Origin: Coleofasciculus sp. E2-BRE-01
GTDB lineage: Bacteria; Cyanobacteriota; Cyanobacteriia; Cyanobacteriales; Coleofasciculaceae
Reading direction: 5' to 3' (one strand)
DNA: 24,000 nt
Assembly: GCA_040221695.1 (NCBI GenBank)
Contig: JAVKEA010000190.1
The notes beneath the pieces are model-generated. The model was not told the DNA's origin. It searched no databases and saw nothing but the letters and a program-made list of their open reading frames with translations. Each line of letters starts with the position of its first letter. Within the stretch, counting starts at the first letter, position 1. Below, in pieces: positions 1-9,197 of this stretch. Position numbers and translations under genes: made by a program.

Positions 1-2291
1 CGTAAAATTTCGTGACGACGCACAATTTCATTAAGACTGCGTTCTAACAACGTCACCTTTAGCGAACCTTCTAAGCGAATAGCAAATGAAATGTTGTAAG
101 CAGGATTACCTGGCTCTAATTGGTCAATAAACCACAGCCGCTGCTGGGCAAAAGAGAGGGGGTGAATATTCGTGTTTGTCGGGACTTTTTTAAGGGTGAG
201 TGATGGTATACAATCTGCCGATTTCAGTTGTTCCAGTATCTTAATCGCCCATTGGGCAATGCTTAATCCTTCAAAAAAGTCCCCTATCGATACGGTTACT
301 TTCAGATCAACTTCAATCCGGTTTTTCAACTCAAACACTCTTAAAGAATCCAATCCCAAACTGCTTAAGGAGTGCTGGAGGTTGATTTTAGACGGTATTA
401 TTTGCATCACCTGAGCCACCAACTTCTGAAGATAAGACTCTAGAAGTAACTGACCCTCACCCGGTGGAAGAGATAGGAGAGCATCGCGATTAAGACTAGG
501 AATTGTTTCTACAAAACCAGCAACGTTCAGGATACTACGTTCTATGATAATCAGATTGCCTGCCAAGAACTTAGCTTTACAAGCACGACGTTGAATCTTA
601 CCACTAGACGTCTTGGGTATACTCCCAGGCTTAATTAAAACCACTCCATAAACTTGCACTTCATGGTCTTCAGTCACAGCCTGACGAATGGTGGCGGTTA
701 CTTCCTCAATATTAGGTTTGGCGCGAAACTCCAGTTCTTGAACCACAACCAATCGTTCTTCATTGTCAACCTCTACCGTAAACGCTGCACCACTTCTTGT
801 TCTCAGGGACGGATGACTACGTTCTACTGTCCGTTCAATATCTTGGGGGTAAAGATTACGACCGCGAATAATAATTAAATCCTTCAATCGACCCGTAATA
901 AAGAGTTCCCCATTCTGTAAAAAACCTAAGTCTCCTGTCCGCAAAAATGGTCCTTGACCTGTATCGGATAAATAGGCGCGGAATGTTTTTTTTGTCTCTT
1001 CCTGTTGATGCCAATAACCATAACCGATACTGGCACTGGATACCCAGATTTCGCCAATCTCATTGGGTAGACATTGGGTTAAGGTTTCAGGATGAACAAT
1101 ATGAATTGTCTGATCCGGTAGGGTTTGACCGCAACCGACTAAAGCGTAAATTGTTTTATTTTGATGCTCGGTGCTGGCTTCAATCGCTTGATTGCGTTCT
1201 AGCGCATCTCCTTGAATCGTTTTGTACACGGGTGGAGCCGTTTTTCGACCCCCAGATACCATCAAACTTGCTTCTGCCATCCCATAACAGGGATAGAAGG
1301 CTTCCGGACGAAAGCCGCAGGGGGCAAATTTGGTACAGAATTTCTGCAAGGTTTCCGGTTGGATAGGTTCAGCACCATTAAACGCGACATCCCAGCGACT
1401 TAAATCTAGGGTTTCTAGTTGCTCTGGCGTAATTCTTTGCAGACATAATTCATAGGCAAAATTGGGTCCACCACTGGTTGTACCTTGGTAACGGGAAATG
1501 GCTTGCAACCAACGGTAAGGACGTTGGAGAAATGCCGCTGGAGGCATTAAGATGCAAGGAAATCCGCCATACAAGGGTTGCAGGATGCCCCCAATTAACC
1601 CCATGTCATGGTACGTCGGCAACCACGACACAAATTTACTCTGAGGCGAATGTTCCATGAGACGGTACGTCATGGCGGCATTATGTAGCAGGTTACCATG
1701 ACTGAGCATGACTCCCTTGGGTGTCCCGGTAGACCCTGATGTATATTGCAGAAAGGCTAATGTATCTGTGGTTATTGAAGGCTTTTGCCAACTTTCTTCT
1801 AGTCCATTGCCCAGACTATCAGTCGTCAGCCACTGTAAATCCCCAAGGGCAGTTTTTTCAGCAAGTAGAGATTGCACCTTAGACAAGGTTGCTGTTGTCG
1901 TCAGAGCGATCGCGGCTTGAGCGTTTGCCACAACTGCCTGTATCCTGGGCATATTCCGTTGGTTGCGAGGTGGGTAAGCCGGAACTGCAACCACCCCAGC
2001 GTACAGACACCCAAAAAATGCTGCCAGATACTCTAACCCTGGTGGATACAGCAATAGGGCGCACTCACCACTTAAACCCATTGCTTGAAGTTGAGAGGCG
2101 ATCGCTCTTGCCTGCCGATCTAACTCTCGATATGTCAAGCGATCGCCTTCGGTTTCGCCATCGGGCAAAAAGGTGAAAGCCACTTGGTTCGGTTGGTGTA
2201 GCGTTCGTTGACGCAGCAGATCCACCCAGGTTGAACTATTCAGGAGGATTTCTGAACACAGGCTTGAAGATTGGATGCGTTTACTTTGCAT
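1..2291 (-). CDS. NRPS initiation module, partial: fatty acyl-AMP ligase (FAAL) - carrier protein - start of condensation domain; continues past the left edge
   Basis: Not in the ORF track because no stop lies in the window. Reverse-complement reading from the ATG at 2291-2289 is open to base 1. It begins MQSKRIQSS...VAFTFLPDGETEGDRLTYRELD and carries adenylate-forming motifs LQYTSGSTGTPKGVMLSHGNL, YHDMGL, GTTSGGPNFAYELC, GYWHQQEET, TGDLGF...GRLKDLIIIRGRN and KTSSGKIQR. A carrier motif LGLDSL follows (Ser codon at 347-345), then the condensation C1 motif PLSFAQQRLWFIDQLEPGNPAYNI at about 170-100. Confidence 0.85.
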   Translation of the reverse strand, partial: MQSKRIQSSSLCSEILLNSSTWVDLLRQRTLHQPNQVAFTFLPDGETEGDRLTYRELDRQARAIASQLQAMGLSGECALLLYPPGLEYLAAFFGCLYAGVVAVPAYPPRNQRNMPRIQAVVANAQAAIALTTTATLSKVQSLLAEKTALGDLQWLTTDSLGNGLEESWQKPSITTDTLAFLQYTSGSTGTPKGVMLSHGNLLHNAAMTYRLMEHSPQSKFVSWLPTYHDMGLIGGILQPLYGGFPCILMPPAAFLQRPYRWLQAISRYQGTTSGGPNFAYELCLQRITPEQLETLDLSRWDVAFNGAEPIQPETLQKFCTKFAPCGFRPEAFYPCYGMAEASLMVSGGRKTAPPVYKTIQGDALERNQAIEASTEHQNKTIYALVGCGQTLPDQTIHIVHPETLTQCLPNEIGEIWVSSASIGYGYWHQQEETKKTFRAYLSDTGQGPFLRTGDLGFLQNGELFITGRLKDLIIIRGRNLYPQDIERTVERSHPSLRTRSGAAFTVEVDNEERLVVVQELEFRAKPNIEEVTATIRQAVTEDHEVQVYGVVLIKPGSIPKTSSGKIQRRACKAKFLAGNLIIIERSILNVAGFVETIPSLNRDALLSLPPGEGQLLLESYLQKLVAQVMQIIPSKINLQHSLSSLGLDSLRVFELKNRIEVDLKVTVSIGDFFEGLSIAQWAIKILEQLKSADCIPSLTLKKVPTNTNIHPLSFAQQRLWFIDQLEPGNPAYNISFAIRLEGSLKVTLLERSLNEIVRRHEIL

Positions 2292-2868
2292 ACTTGGTGC
2301 AACCCTGAACTTTTGCATCTGACGATTTCAGCGATATCAAATCCCGTCAAACTGGATACCATCGATTCGGTACTTCTAATACAGATTGCTCGCTGTGGTG
2401 ATCAAGACAAGAGTTTATCCAAAGGCTCTGGTTTGATCGTCTCATATCATGTCCCTACGATTGCCCATAATTGCAATGCTGCAATAACAGGGGTTTCAGG
2501 CGTTTTTATTAGGGGTGTTTGACCGGACATGATATCAACGGATAGCCGTGCCAGCACAAGATGTTATGCCGCACTGTACGGCTATGGCGTTTTCCCACGC
2601 GCTTATTGATATCAATTTTTAATTAACCTCTGTTAAAGTACAGCAGGTTTCTCAATCTCGTCAAGCCTTAATCGAAAATCTTTTTCATTTATTTATGCCT
2701 CCCTTAGTCTGTCCCAATCTTGCCCAGAGGACCGGAAAGACCAAGAGCCTTATCTAGAGAGGGTTTCGGCAGAATTGTGATCCTGTCCGATCACCGTCTT
2801 TATCAAATCTTCATAATATTTCTCTTGACAGGGGTAACAGCGCCAGTTTAGGTTTAGCTCTTGCTGAT

Positions 2869-2887
2869 GCAAATAGTTATCAATAAA
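2869..2887. promoter_or_regulatory. Candidate Fur-type iron box upstream of the TonB-dependent receptor gene
   Basis: AT-rich gcaaatagttatcaataaa lies about 45 nt upstream of the ATG at 2929 and partly resembles the GATAAT-hexamer Fur consensus. A TTGACA hexamer sits at 2825-2830. Judged by eye only. Confidence 0.3.
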
Positions 2888-2928
2888 TTAGATGGCGCGA
2901 TCGCGCAATTGGGTGTGTAAGGAGAGAA

Positions 2929-5487
2929 ATGAAGCGAACGAAATTACTGCCGTACTTATTGCTGAGCAACTCAGTTGGTGTCTTAGTGGCAACGTCAGCC
3001 TTAGCTGAGGTTACACCAATCAGTCAATCTCCAATAATAGAACGTTCTCATCTTAGTGAGATAGAGTTTCCCCTGACCCCCGTTAAAGGACGAGTTCAGC
3101 AACCTGAGTCAGGGAAATCAGCAGTCGTTGCCCAAGTCGATGGGAACCTTGTCCAAATAACGGGTGTACAGCTTAACCCAACAGAGATGGGGTTGGACAT
3201 CATATTAGAAACCTCAGAAGGAGTCGCGCTGCAAGCCGAAACCAGGAGTGAAGACAATACCTTAATTGCTGATATCCCTAATGCCGTGCTGCTACTTCCA
3301 GAGGGTGAGGCGTTTCGCCAAGACAATCCCGTTGAAGGCATTGCCTCAGTGATAGTAACACAGCAGGATGTCAACAGTATTCGGGTGACGGTGACGGGTA
3401 CAGAAACAATACCGACAGCCGAAGTAATGTCAAGTGCATCCGGATTAGTCTTCAGCCTGACAACTGCCCCGGATACCGCTGAAATGCCGCCTGATGCCCC
3501 AGAAGAAATTGAAATTGTGGTAACGGCTGAGCCAGAAACCGGATATCGCGTCCCTAGGGCGACAACGGGGACAAGAACAGACACCCCAATCCGCGACGTT
3601 CCCCAATCTATTCAAGTTATCCCCCAAGAAGTGATTGAAGACCGTCAAGTCACCCGTCTTAGCGAATTAGCTGATAACGTCAGTGGTGTACAACCGTCTG
3701 TCGGTTATGGTGGACTTCCTTCCAATCAAACCTTTATTCGCGGTTTTCGCTCCGGAGTAAACCTCCGCGATGGTTTTCGGGATTTCGGTTTTTTGTCTCC
3801 TCGTGATGTTAGTAACATTGAGCGAGTTGAGTTTCTCAGAGGTCCAGCATCGGTTCTTTATGGCAACCTTGAGCCAGGTGGAATTGTCAATACCGTAACC
3901 GAACAGCCCCTACCCTATCCCTTCTACGAAGTGAGCATGACGGTTGGCAATTATGATTTTTACCGCCCAACCATTGACCTGACAGGACCACTTACAGAAA
4001 ATAGAGAGCTGCTTTATCGCCTCAACGTCGCCTACGAAAATGCAGACAGTTACCGGGACTTCAATGAGAACGAAAGTATCTTTATTGCTCCCGTGCTAAC
4101 TTGGAACATTGGACCGCGTACCACTCTGACCACAGAAGTTGAGTATCAAAACTATAACTACGTTTTCGATCGTGGCTTTCGACCAGAACCGGAATTTCTG
4201 GAACTCCCTCGGAGCCGATTTTTAGGAGAACCCGATTTTAACGATGCTGAAGTTGACTCCTTCTTTGGTAGCTATAGCTTTCAACATGAGTTTAGTGACA
4301 ACTGGAAATTCCGCCAAGGGTTCAGCGCTATTATCGTCAACAATGATATCCGGGAAGTCAACCTTCGCCCCTTAGAGGATGATCGACGCACCCTGCCCCG
4401 TCGCGCTTCCATGTCCGATGAATCTCAGGAAAACTATACGCTACAAAACGAATTTATCGCTGAATTGCAGACAGGCTCTATCGGTCATCAAATTCTGTTC
4501 GGACTAGACCTGAGCCGCTATGAATTCACCTACGACTTTTTCGGAGCGCCTCTAGCTTCCATTGATATCTTCGATCCGGAGTATGGAGCAGAACCTGGGG
4601 ACTTTGAGCCAAGCTTTGCTGAAGAATACGGCTCTAACACCATTGCCTTTTACATGCAAGATTTGATTGAGGTGTTGCCTCAGTTAAAAATTCTAGTAGG
4701 GGGTCGCTTGGACTGGAGTGATATCTTCTACAGAAACCGTTTTACCGATGAATCCATCAATGATCTATCAGAGTTTGCCTTCTCACCGCGAGCTGGCATA
4801 GTGTATCAGCCAACTGACTCCACCTCCCTTTATTTCAGTTGGGCGAAGTCATTTAATCCCCAGTTTTTCAGTAGGAGTCGGACAGACGAGGCGTTTGAAC
4901 CCGAACGGGGCGAACAATTTGAAATTGGGGTGAAGCAAGAGTTTTTGGATGGCAGACTGGCAGCTAACTTGGCACTTTACGAAATCACCAAGCAAAATGT
5001 TCTAACGCCTGATCCAATTGATCCTATCTTCAGCATTCAGGCGGGAGAACAAACAAGTCGGGGGATTGAATTGGAAATCGTAGGTGAAATCTTACCGGGA
5101 TGGAATATTATCGCCACCTACGCTCACACTGATGCCTTTGTCAGTGAGGATAACACGATTCCAGAAGGCGATCGCTTGGTTGGTATCCCGCTCAATAGTG
5201 CGAGCCTCTGGACAACTTATGAAATTCAACAGGGTGGTTTGCAGGGTTTAGGGTTTGGTGTCGGCGTCTTCTTCGTCGGTGACAGGGAAGCCCGACTGCC
5301 TAATACAGGCTTGGAAATTCCATCCTATGTCAGAGCAGATGCTCGTCTTTCTTATCGACGAGACAATTGGCAAGCTGCCGTTAACTTCAAGAATCTTTTC
5401 AACACCGAATATTACGAAACCCAAGGATTCTTTCTCACTCCCCAAGCTCCTTTCACGATTTTGGGAACGATTGCGGTGGAGTTTTAA
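2929..5487 (+). CDS. TonB-dependent ferric-siderophore outer-membrane receptor (FhuE/FpvA-like) with N-terminal extension
   Basis: 852 aa. Signal peptide MKRTKLLPYLLLSNSVGVLVATSALA. A roughly 150-aa extra domain precedes the plug and looks AMIN-like, as in other cyanobacterial receptors. TonB-box-like EEIEIVVTAE. Plug motifs RDVPQSIQVIPQEVIEDRQ, FIRGF and RVEFLRGPASVLYG. Long beta-barrel ending in a terminal aromatic (TIAVEF). Confidence 0.9.
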   Translation: MKRTKLLPYLLLSNSVGVLVATSALAEVTPISQSPIIERSHLSEIEFPLTPVKGRVQQPESGKSAVVAQVDGNLVQITGVQLNPTEMGLDIILETSEGVALQAETRSEDNTLIADIPNAVLLLPEGEAFRQDNPVEGIASVIVTQQDVNSIRVTVTGTETIPTAEVMSSASGLVFSLTTAPDTAEMPPDAPEEIEIVVTAEPETGYRVPRATTGTRTDTPIRDVPQSIQVIPQEVIEDRQVTRLSELADNVSGVQPSVGYGGLPSNQTFIRGFRSGVNLRDGFRDFGFLSPRDVSNIERVEFLRGPASVLYGNLEPGGIVNTVTEQPLPYPFYEVSMTVGNYDFYRPTIDLTGPLTENRELLYRLNVAYENADSYRDFNENESIFIAPVLTWNIGPRTTLTTEVEYQNYNYVFDRGFRPEPEFLELPRSRFLGEPDFNDAEVDSFFGSYSFQHEFSDNWKFRQGFSAIIVNNDIREVNLRPLEDDRRTLPRRASMSDESQENYTLQNEFIAELQTGSIGHQILFGLDLSRYEFTYDFFGAPLASIDIFDPEYGAEPGDFEPSFAEEYGSNTIAFYMQDLIEVLPQLKILVGGRLDWSDIFYRNRFTDESINDLSEFAFSPRAGIVYQPTDSTSLYFSWAKSFNPQFFSRSRTDEAFEPERGEQFEIGVKQEFLDGRLAANLALYEITKQNVLTPDPIDPIFSIQAGEQTSRGIELEIVGEILPGWNIIATYAHTDAFVSEDNTIPEGDRLVGIPLNSASLWTTYEIQQGGLQGLGFGVGVFFVGDREARLPNTGLEIPSYVRADARLSYRRDNWQAAVNFKNLFNTEYYETQGFFLTPQAPFTILGTIAVEF

Positions 5488-5517
5488 GTATCTTTGAACG
5501 AAATAGTTGAGCGCAGT

Positions 5518-5547
5518 CCCCATCTAGAATCTTTGATTTAGATGGGG
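5518..5547 (+). terminator. Stem-loop downstream of the receptor gene (possible terminator or mRNA-stabilising hairpin)
   Basis: ccccatcta (5518-5526) pairs perfectly with tagatgggg (5539-5547) across a 12-nt loop, 31 nt after the stop codon. No U-tract follows. Confidence 0.35.
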
Positions 5548-5690
5548 TGCGTTCAAACGAATGGCTCTAAAAATCCATGCCGGTGAAAGTTGTCCTCTGC
5601 TTAAAACACAAGAGCGGGTTGAGCTAATTAGACAAACAATGGCTAAGGCTGATTAGATGTCTTGCGTTTATTCAGGAACAGAGAATAGCC

Positions 5691-7016
5691 ATGAACTCAC
5701 AGCATCGACCGAACAGCCTACACACATTTACTATCATTTGGATTGGGCAAGTCGCCTCAATCCTGGGTTCCCGAATGACGAACTTTGCCGTGATCATTTG
5801 GGCGTGGCAAATCACTGGCGAGGCAACACCCTTATCCTTACTCGCCTTTTTTACCCAAATCCCAATCCTCATTGCTGCTGCCTTCGCTGGAGTCATTATT
5901 GACCACTGGAATCGCAAGCTGATGATGATTGTCGGAGATGTCATGGCAGGACTGTCCACAGTTATTATTCTTGTGCTATTCCTAACTGGCAATCTGGCAA
6001 TTTGGCATCTCTATCTAACGGGTGCTGTCAATGGGTTGTTTGGCTACCTCCAGGAACTGGCGTTCTCGGCATCCCAAGCCCTAATTGTTCCTAAACAGCA
6101 TTACGTCAGAGTTGGTGCTATGGGTTCAATGAAGACCTTTGGCTCTGGTGTCCTCGCCCCAGCGCTGGCAGGCGTACTCTACTACATCATTGGTCTTTCC
6201 GGCATTTTGATCATTGACTTCATTACCTTCCTGATTGCCATCGGCACGCTAACCCTCGTAAAAATTCCTCAACCCAAACCAAGTGAAGTGAACCAAGCCA
6301 GCACTGGCAAACGTTGGCAGCAATTGACGTTGGGTTTCCGTTACCTGTTTAACCGTCCTAGTCTCATTGCTCTCCAACTCTTTGCCCTGAGTTATATCTT
6401 CGTTGATAGAGCATCTGAGGTTGTTGCACCGATGATTTTAGCTCGCAGTGGCAATAATACGGCGGTACTCGGTAGCGTCCAAGGAGCTGTTGGTCTTGGC
6501 GGTTTAGTGGGAGCAATTCTGCTAAGTCTTTGGGGAGGACCCAAGCGTCGCATCCAGGGTCTGTTAATCGGTAGAGCGTTAGTCTTTAGCGGTGAAATGT
6601 TCTTGGGTTTAGGGCGTTTGCCCTCTATTTGGATGGGAGCCAACTTTGGTGCGGGTTTATTTAAACCCCTAGCGAATAGCTGTGAAAGTGCCCTTTGGCT
6701 GTCTAAAGTGGAACCGAACGTGCAGGGACGAGTGTTTGCTGCCAGTTCTTTTCTCGAAGGAATCATCTCACCACTAGGGCTATTGATTGCTGGTCCCTTA
6801 GCCGACTATATTTTTGAGCCAGCGATGATGCCGGGAGGCAGTCTCGCTCCCATCTTGGGGAATGTGTTTGGTACAGGTGCAGGTAGTGGGATGGCACTTC
6901 AACTGACCCTCTTCTCGTTTATTGTCGTCCTCATCTGTCTGGGTAGTTATTCTGCCTTCCCAGCATTGCGGGATATAGATGATATTTTGCCCGACCATGA
7001 TGTCGAGGCGAAGTGA
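5691..7016 (+). CDS. MFS transporter, EntS/MFS_3-like (candidate siderophore exporter)
   Basis: 441 aa and highly hydrophobic, with about 12 predicted TM helices. The N-terminus FTIIWIGQVASILGSRMTNFAVIIWAW is typical of enterobactin-exporter-type MFS proteins. It lies between the receptor and acylase genes. Confidence 0.8.
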   Translation: MNSQHRPNSLHTFTIIWIGQVASILGSRMTNFAVIIWAWQITGEATPLSLLAFFTQIPILIAAAFAGVIIDHWNRKLMMIVGDVMAGLSTVIILVLFLTGNLAIWHLYLTGAVNGLFGYLQELAFSASQALIVPKQHYVRVGAMGSMKTFGSGVLAPALAGVLYYIIGLSGILIIDFITFLIAIGTLTLVKIPQPKPSEVNQASTGKRWQQLTLGFRYLFNRPSLIALQLFALSYIFVDRASEVVAPMILARSGNNTAVLGSVQGAVGLGGLVGAILLSLWGGPKRRIQGLLIGRALVFSGEMFLGLGRLPSIWMGANFGAGLFKPLANSCESALWLSKVEPNVQGRVFAASSFLEGIISPLGLLIAGPLADYIFEPAMMPGGSLAPILGNVFGTGAGSGMALQLTLFSFIVVLICLGSYSAFPALRDIDDILPDHDVEAK

Positions 7017-7036
7017 AGAATAAGCAATAGGAAATT

Positions 7037-9142
7037 ATGTCTGTACAATCACGATCAGATAGGGGAACATTTCGACCTGTGGCTGGGCAACAAAAGACCG
7101 AAATCCTTTGGGATACCTATGGTGTTCCCCATATTTATGGTAAAGATGTCCAGAGTCTTTTCCACGCTTTTGGTTGGGCGCAAATGCACAGCCATGGTAA
7201 CTTGCTCTTGCGCTTCTACGGTCAAGCCCGTGGACGAGCAGCTGAATACTGGGGAGAAAACTATGTAGAATCTGACCAGTGGGTGCGAACAATGGGTGTT
7301 CCTAGTCGCGCCCAGCAATGGTACGATGCACAAAATCCGACGTTTCGCAACTACATTGATGCCTTTGCTGCTGGGATTAACACCTATACTCAAAACCATG
7401 CTGAGTTAATTGACAATGAGGTTAAGGGGGTGCTGCCTGTCACAGGCGTAGATGTGCTAGCTCATCTCCATCGCTTGCTTAATTTCACCTTTATTGTTGA
7501 ACCCCAGACTGTTGCCAGTTTAAGGGAAGAGTGGGAAAGTCCTCAGGATACTTCAAAAGAATTCAACACGCAAAACATCACACCCCAGAAACCCTTAGGA
7601 TCTAACGGTTGGGCGATCGCACCTTCTCGTTCTGCCAGTGGCAATGCTATGCTGCTAGCCAATCCCCACCTCCCTTGGTCAAATTTATTTCTCTGGTATG
7701 AAGCTCAGTTCAATGCCCCAGGTATCGATACCTACGGCGCAACTTTGGTTGGTATCCCAGTCTTAACGATTGGTTTCAATGATAATTTGGGCTGGACTCA
7801 CACGGTCAACAAATATAATGGGTGGGATGCCTACGAGCTAACCTTAGCTGACGGGGGCTACCGCTTTGACGGTAAAATTCACGCCTTTCAAACCGAAACA
7901 CAAACGCTAAACGTTAGGCAGCCTGATGGGACTCTACAGCAAAAACCCTTGACTGTACAATGTTGCGTCCATGGTCCAGTTATCGCCCAGAAGGAGGGTA
8001 AAGCCCTTGCCTTACGGGTGGTTGGTCTTGACCAGCCAGGGGCATTGGAGCAATGGTGGAGGATGGGGCTTGCCAAAAACCTAACTGAATTTGAAGCGGC
8101 AATCAAGCCCTTGCAGATTCCCATGTTCACGGTGATCTATGCGGATCGAGAGGGGCATATCATGCACCTATTTAACGGTCAAGTGCCAGTGCGTTCACAG
8201 GGCGATTATGCCTACTGGTCAGGCATTATTCCTGGTGACACCTCGACTACCTTGTGGACTCAATTTCACCCCTACGGTGATCTGCCTCGCGTTCTCGATC
8301 CCCAAAGTGGTTGGTTACAGAATGCAAATGACCCCCCTTGGACAACAACGTTTCCAGCACCCCTTAAACCCGATGATTATCCCTCCTATATAGCGCCGCG
8401 AGGTCCGGTGGAGTTTCGGGCGCAACACTCGGCGAAAATGCTCAAGTCAGATGAATGGATTTCCTTTGAGAAAATGGTTGAGTACAAACACTCGACCCAC
8501 GTAGAACTAGCGGAACGTCTGTTAGACGATCTAATTACGGCGGCACGGCAGCAAAGTGGAGAGGTAGCAAAAAACGCGGCGGATGTATTGGAAAACTGGG
8601 ATCGTAAAACAGAATCCGATAGTCGTGGCGCCGTGCTGTTTGCATTCTGGAGTGAAGAAGTCGATTTCTCTAACTTGTTTGCTAGTCCCTGGAATGAGCA
8701 AGAGCCATTAACTACACCCAATGGTCTTGCCGATCCGGTTAATGCCGTGACAGCCTTGGAAGCCGCTGCTCAAAGGGTTATGGCAACCTATAGAACACTG
8801 GACGTACCTTGGGGAGACGTTTTTCGGCTATGCTCTGGTAATTTAGACTTACCAGCCAATGGAGGTGAGGTTGGCATTTTCCGCAACCTCTGGTTTAGTC
8901 CTTTAGAAGACGGGCGTTTTGAAGCCATTGGTGGGGATTCCTATGTTGCCGCGATCGAGTTTTCTAATCCAGTCCGGGCGATGGCACTTACCAGTTATGG
9001 GAATGCCACTCAACCCAACTCACCCCATGTTGGCGATCAGCTAGAGCTGTTTGCCAAGAAACAGTTGCGACCGATTTGGCGATCGCGCCAGGAAATAGAA
9101 GCTCACTTGGCTACTCGCGAGGTCTTGACTGATGTGGAATAA
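7037..9142 (+). CDS. Penicillin-acylase-family Ntn hydrolase (PvdQ / acyl-homoserine-lactone acylase-like)
   Basis: 701 aa. Alpha-subunit start ILWDTYGVPHIYGKD. Autoprocessing site and nucleophile G-SNGWAIAPSRSASGNAMLLANPHLPW (Ser codon at 7601-7603). NANDPPW motif. An in-frame TAG at 7028-7030 prevents any N-terminal extension. Confidence 0.85.
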   Translation: MSVQSRSDRGTFRPVAGQQKTEILWDTYGVPHIYGKDVQSLFHAFGWAQMHSHGNLLLRFYGQARGRAAEYWGENYVESDQWVRTMGVPSRAQQWYDAQNPTFRNYIDAFAAGINTYTQNHAELIDNEVKGVLPVTGVDVLAHLHRLLNFTFIVEPQTVASLREEWESPQDTSKEFNTQNITPQKPLGSNGWAIAPSRSASGNAMLLANPHLPWSNLFLWYEAQFNAPGIDTYGATLVGIPVLTIGFNDNLGWTHTVNKYNGWDAYELTLADGGYRFDGKIHAFQTETQTLNVRQPDGTLQQKPLTVQCCVHGPVIAQKEGKALALRVVGLDQPGALEQWWRMGLAKNLTEFEAAIKPLQIPMFTVIYADREGHIMHLFNGQVPVRSQGDYAYWSGIIPGDTSTTLWTQFHPYGDLPRVLDPQSGWLQNANDPPWTTTFPAPLKPDDYPSYIAPRGPVEFRAQHSAKMLKSDEWISFEKMVEYKHSTHVELAERLLDDLITAARQQSGEVAKNAADVLENWDRKTESDSRGAVLFAFWSEEVDFSNLFASPWNEQEPLTTPNGLADPVNAVTALEAAAQRVMATYRTLDVPWGDVFRLCSGNLDLPANGGEVGIFRNLWFSPLEDGRFEAIGGDSYVAAIEFSNPVRAMALTSYGNATQPNSPHVGDQLELFAKKQLRPIWRSRQEIEAHLATREVLTDVE

Positions 9143-9197
9143 AACTACATCTGAAGTTCAATGTTTGTTGCAAAATTAAATAGATATTTTCTAGAAG

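Noticed and set aside
172-2522. Nine plus-strand track ORFs (172-414, 654-878, 947-1366, 1212-1403, 1478-1660, 1708-1920, 1889-2176, 2271-2522) and the minus-strand ORF 1879-2064
   Set aside because: All but 2271-2522 lie entirely within the long, motif-rich NRPS reading frame on the minus strand, antisense or out of frame to it. ORF 2271-2522 overlaps it only at 2271-2291 and otherwise lies in the divergent intergenic region. Their translations have no recognisable motifs.
5561-5656. 31-codon ORF (MALKIHAGESCPLLKTQERVELIRQTMAKAD) between the receptor and MFS genes
   Set aside because: It has no convincing ribosome-binding site and no recognisable motif, and it is too short to support without conservation or ribosome-profiling data.
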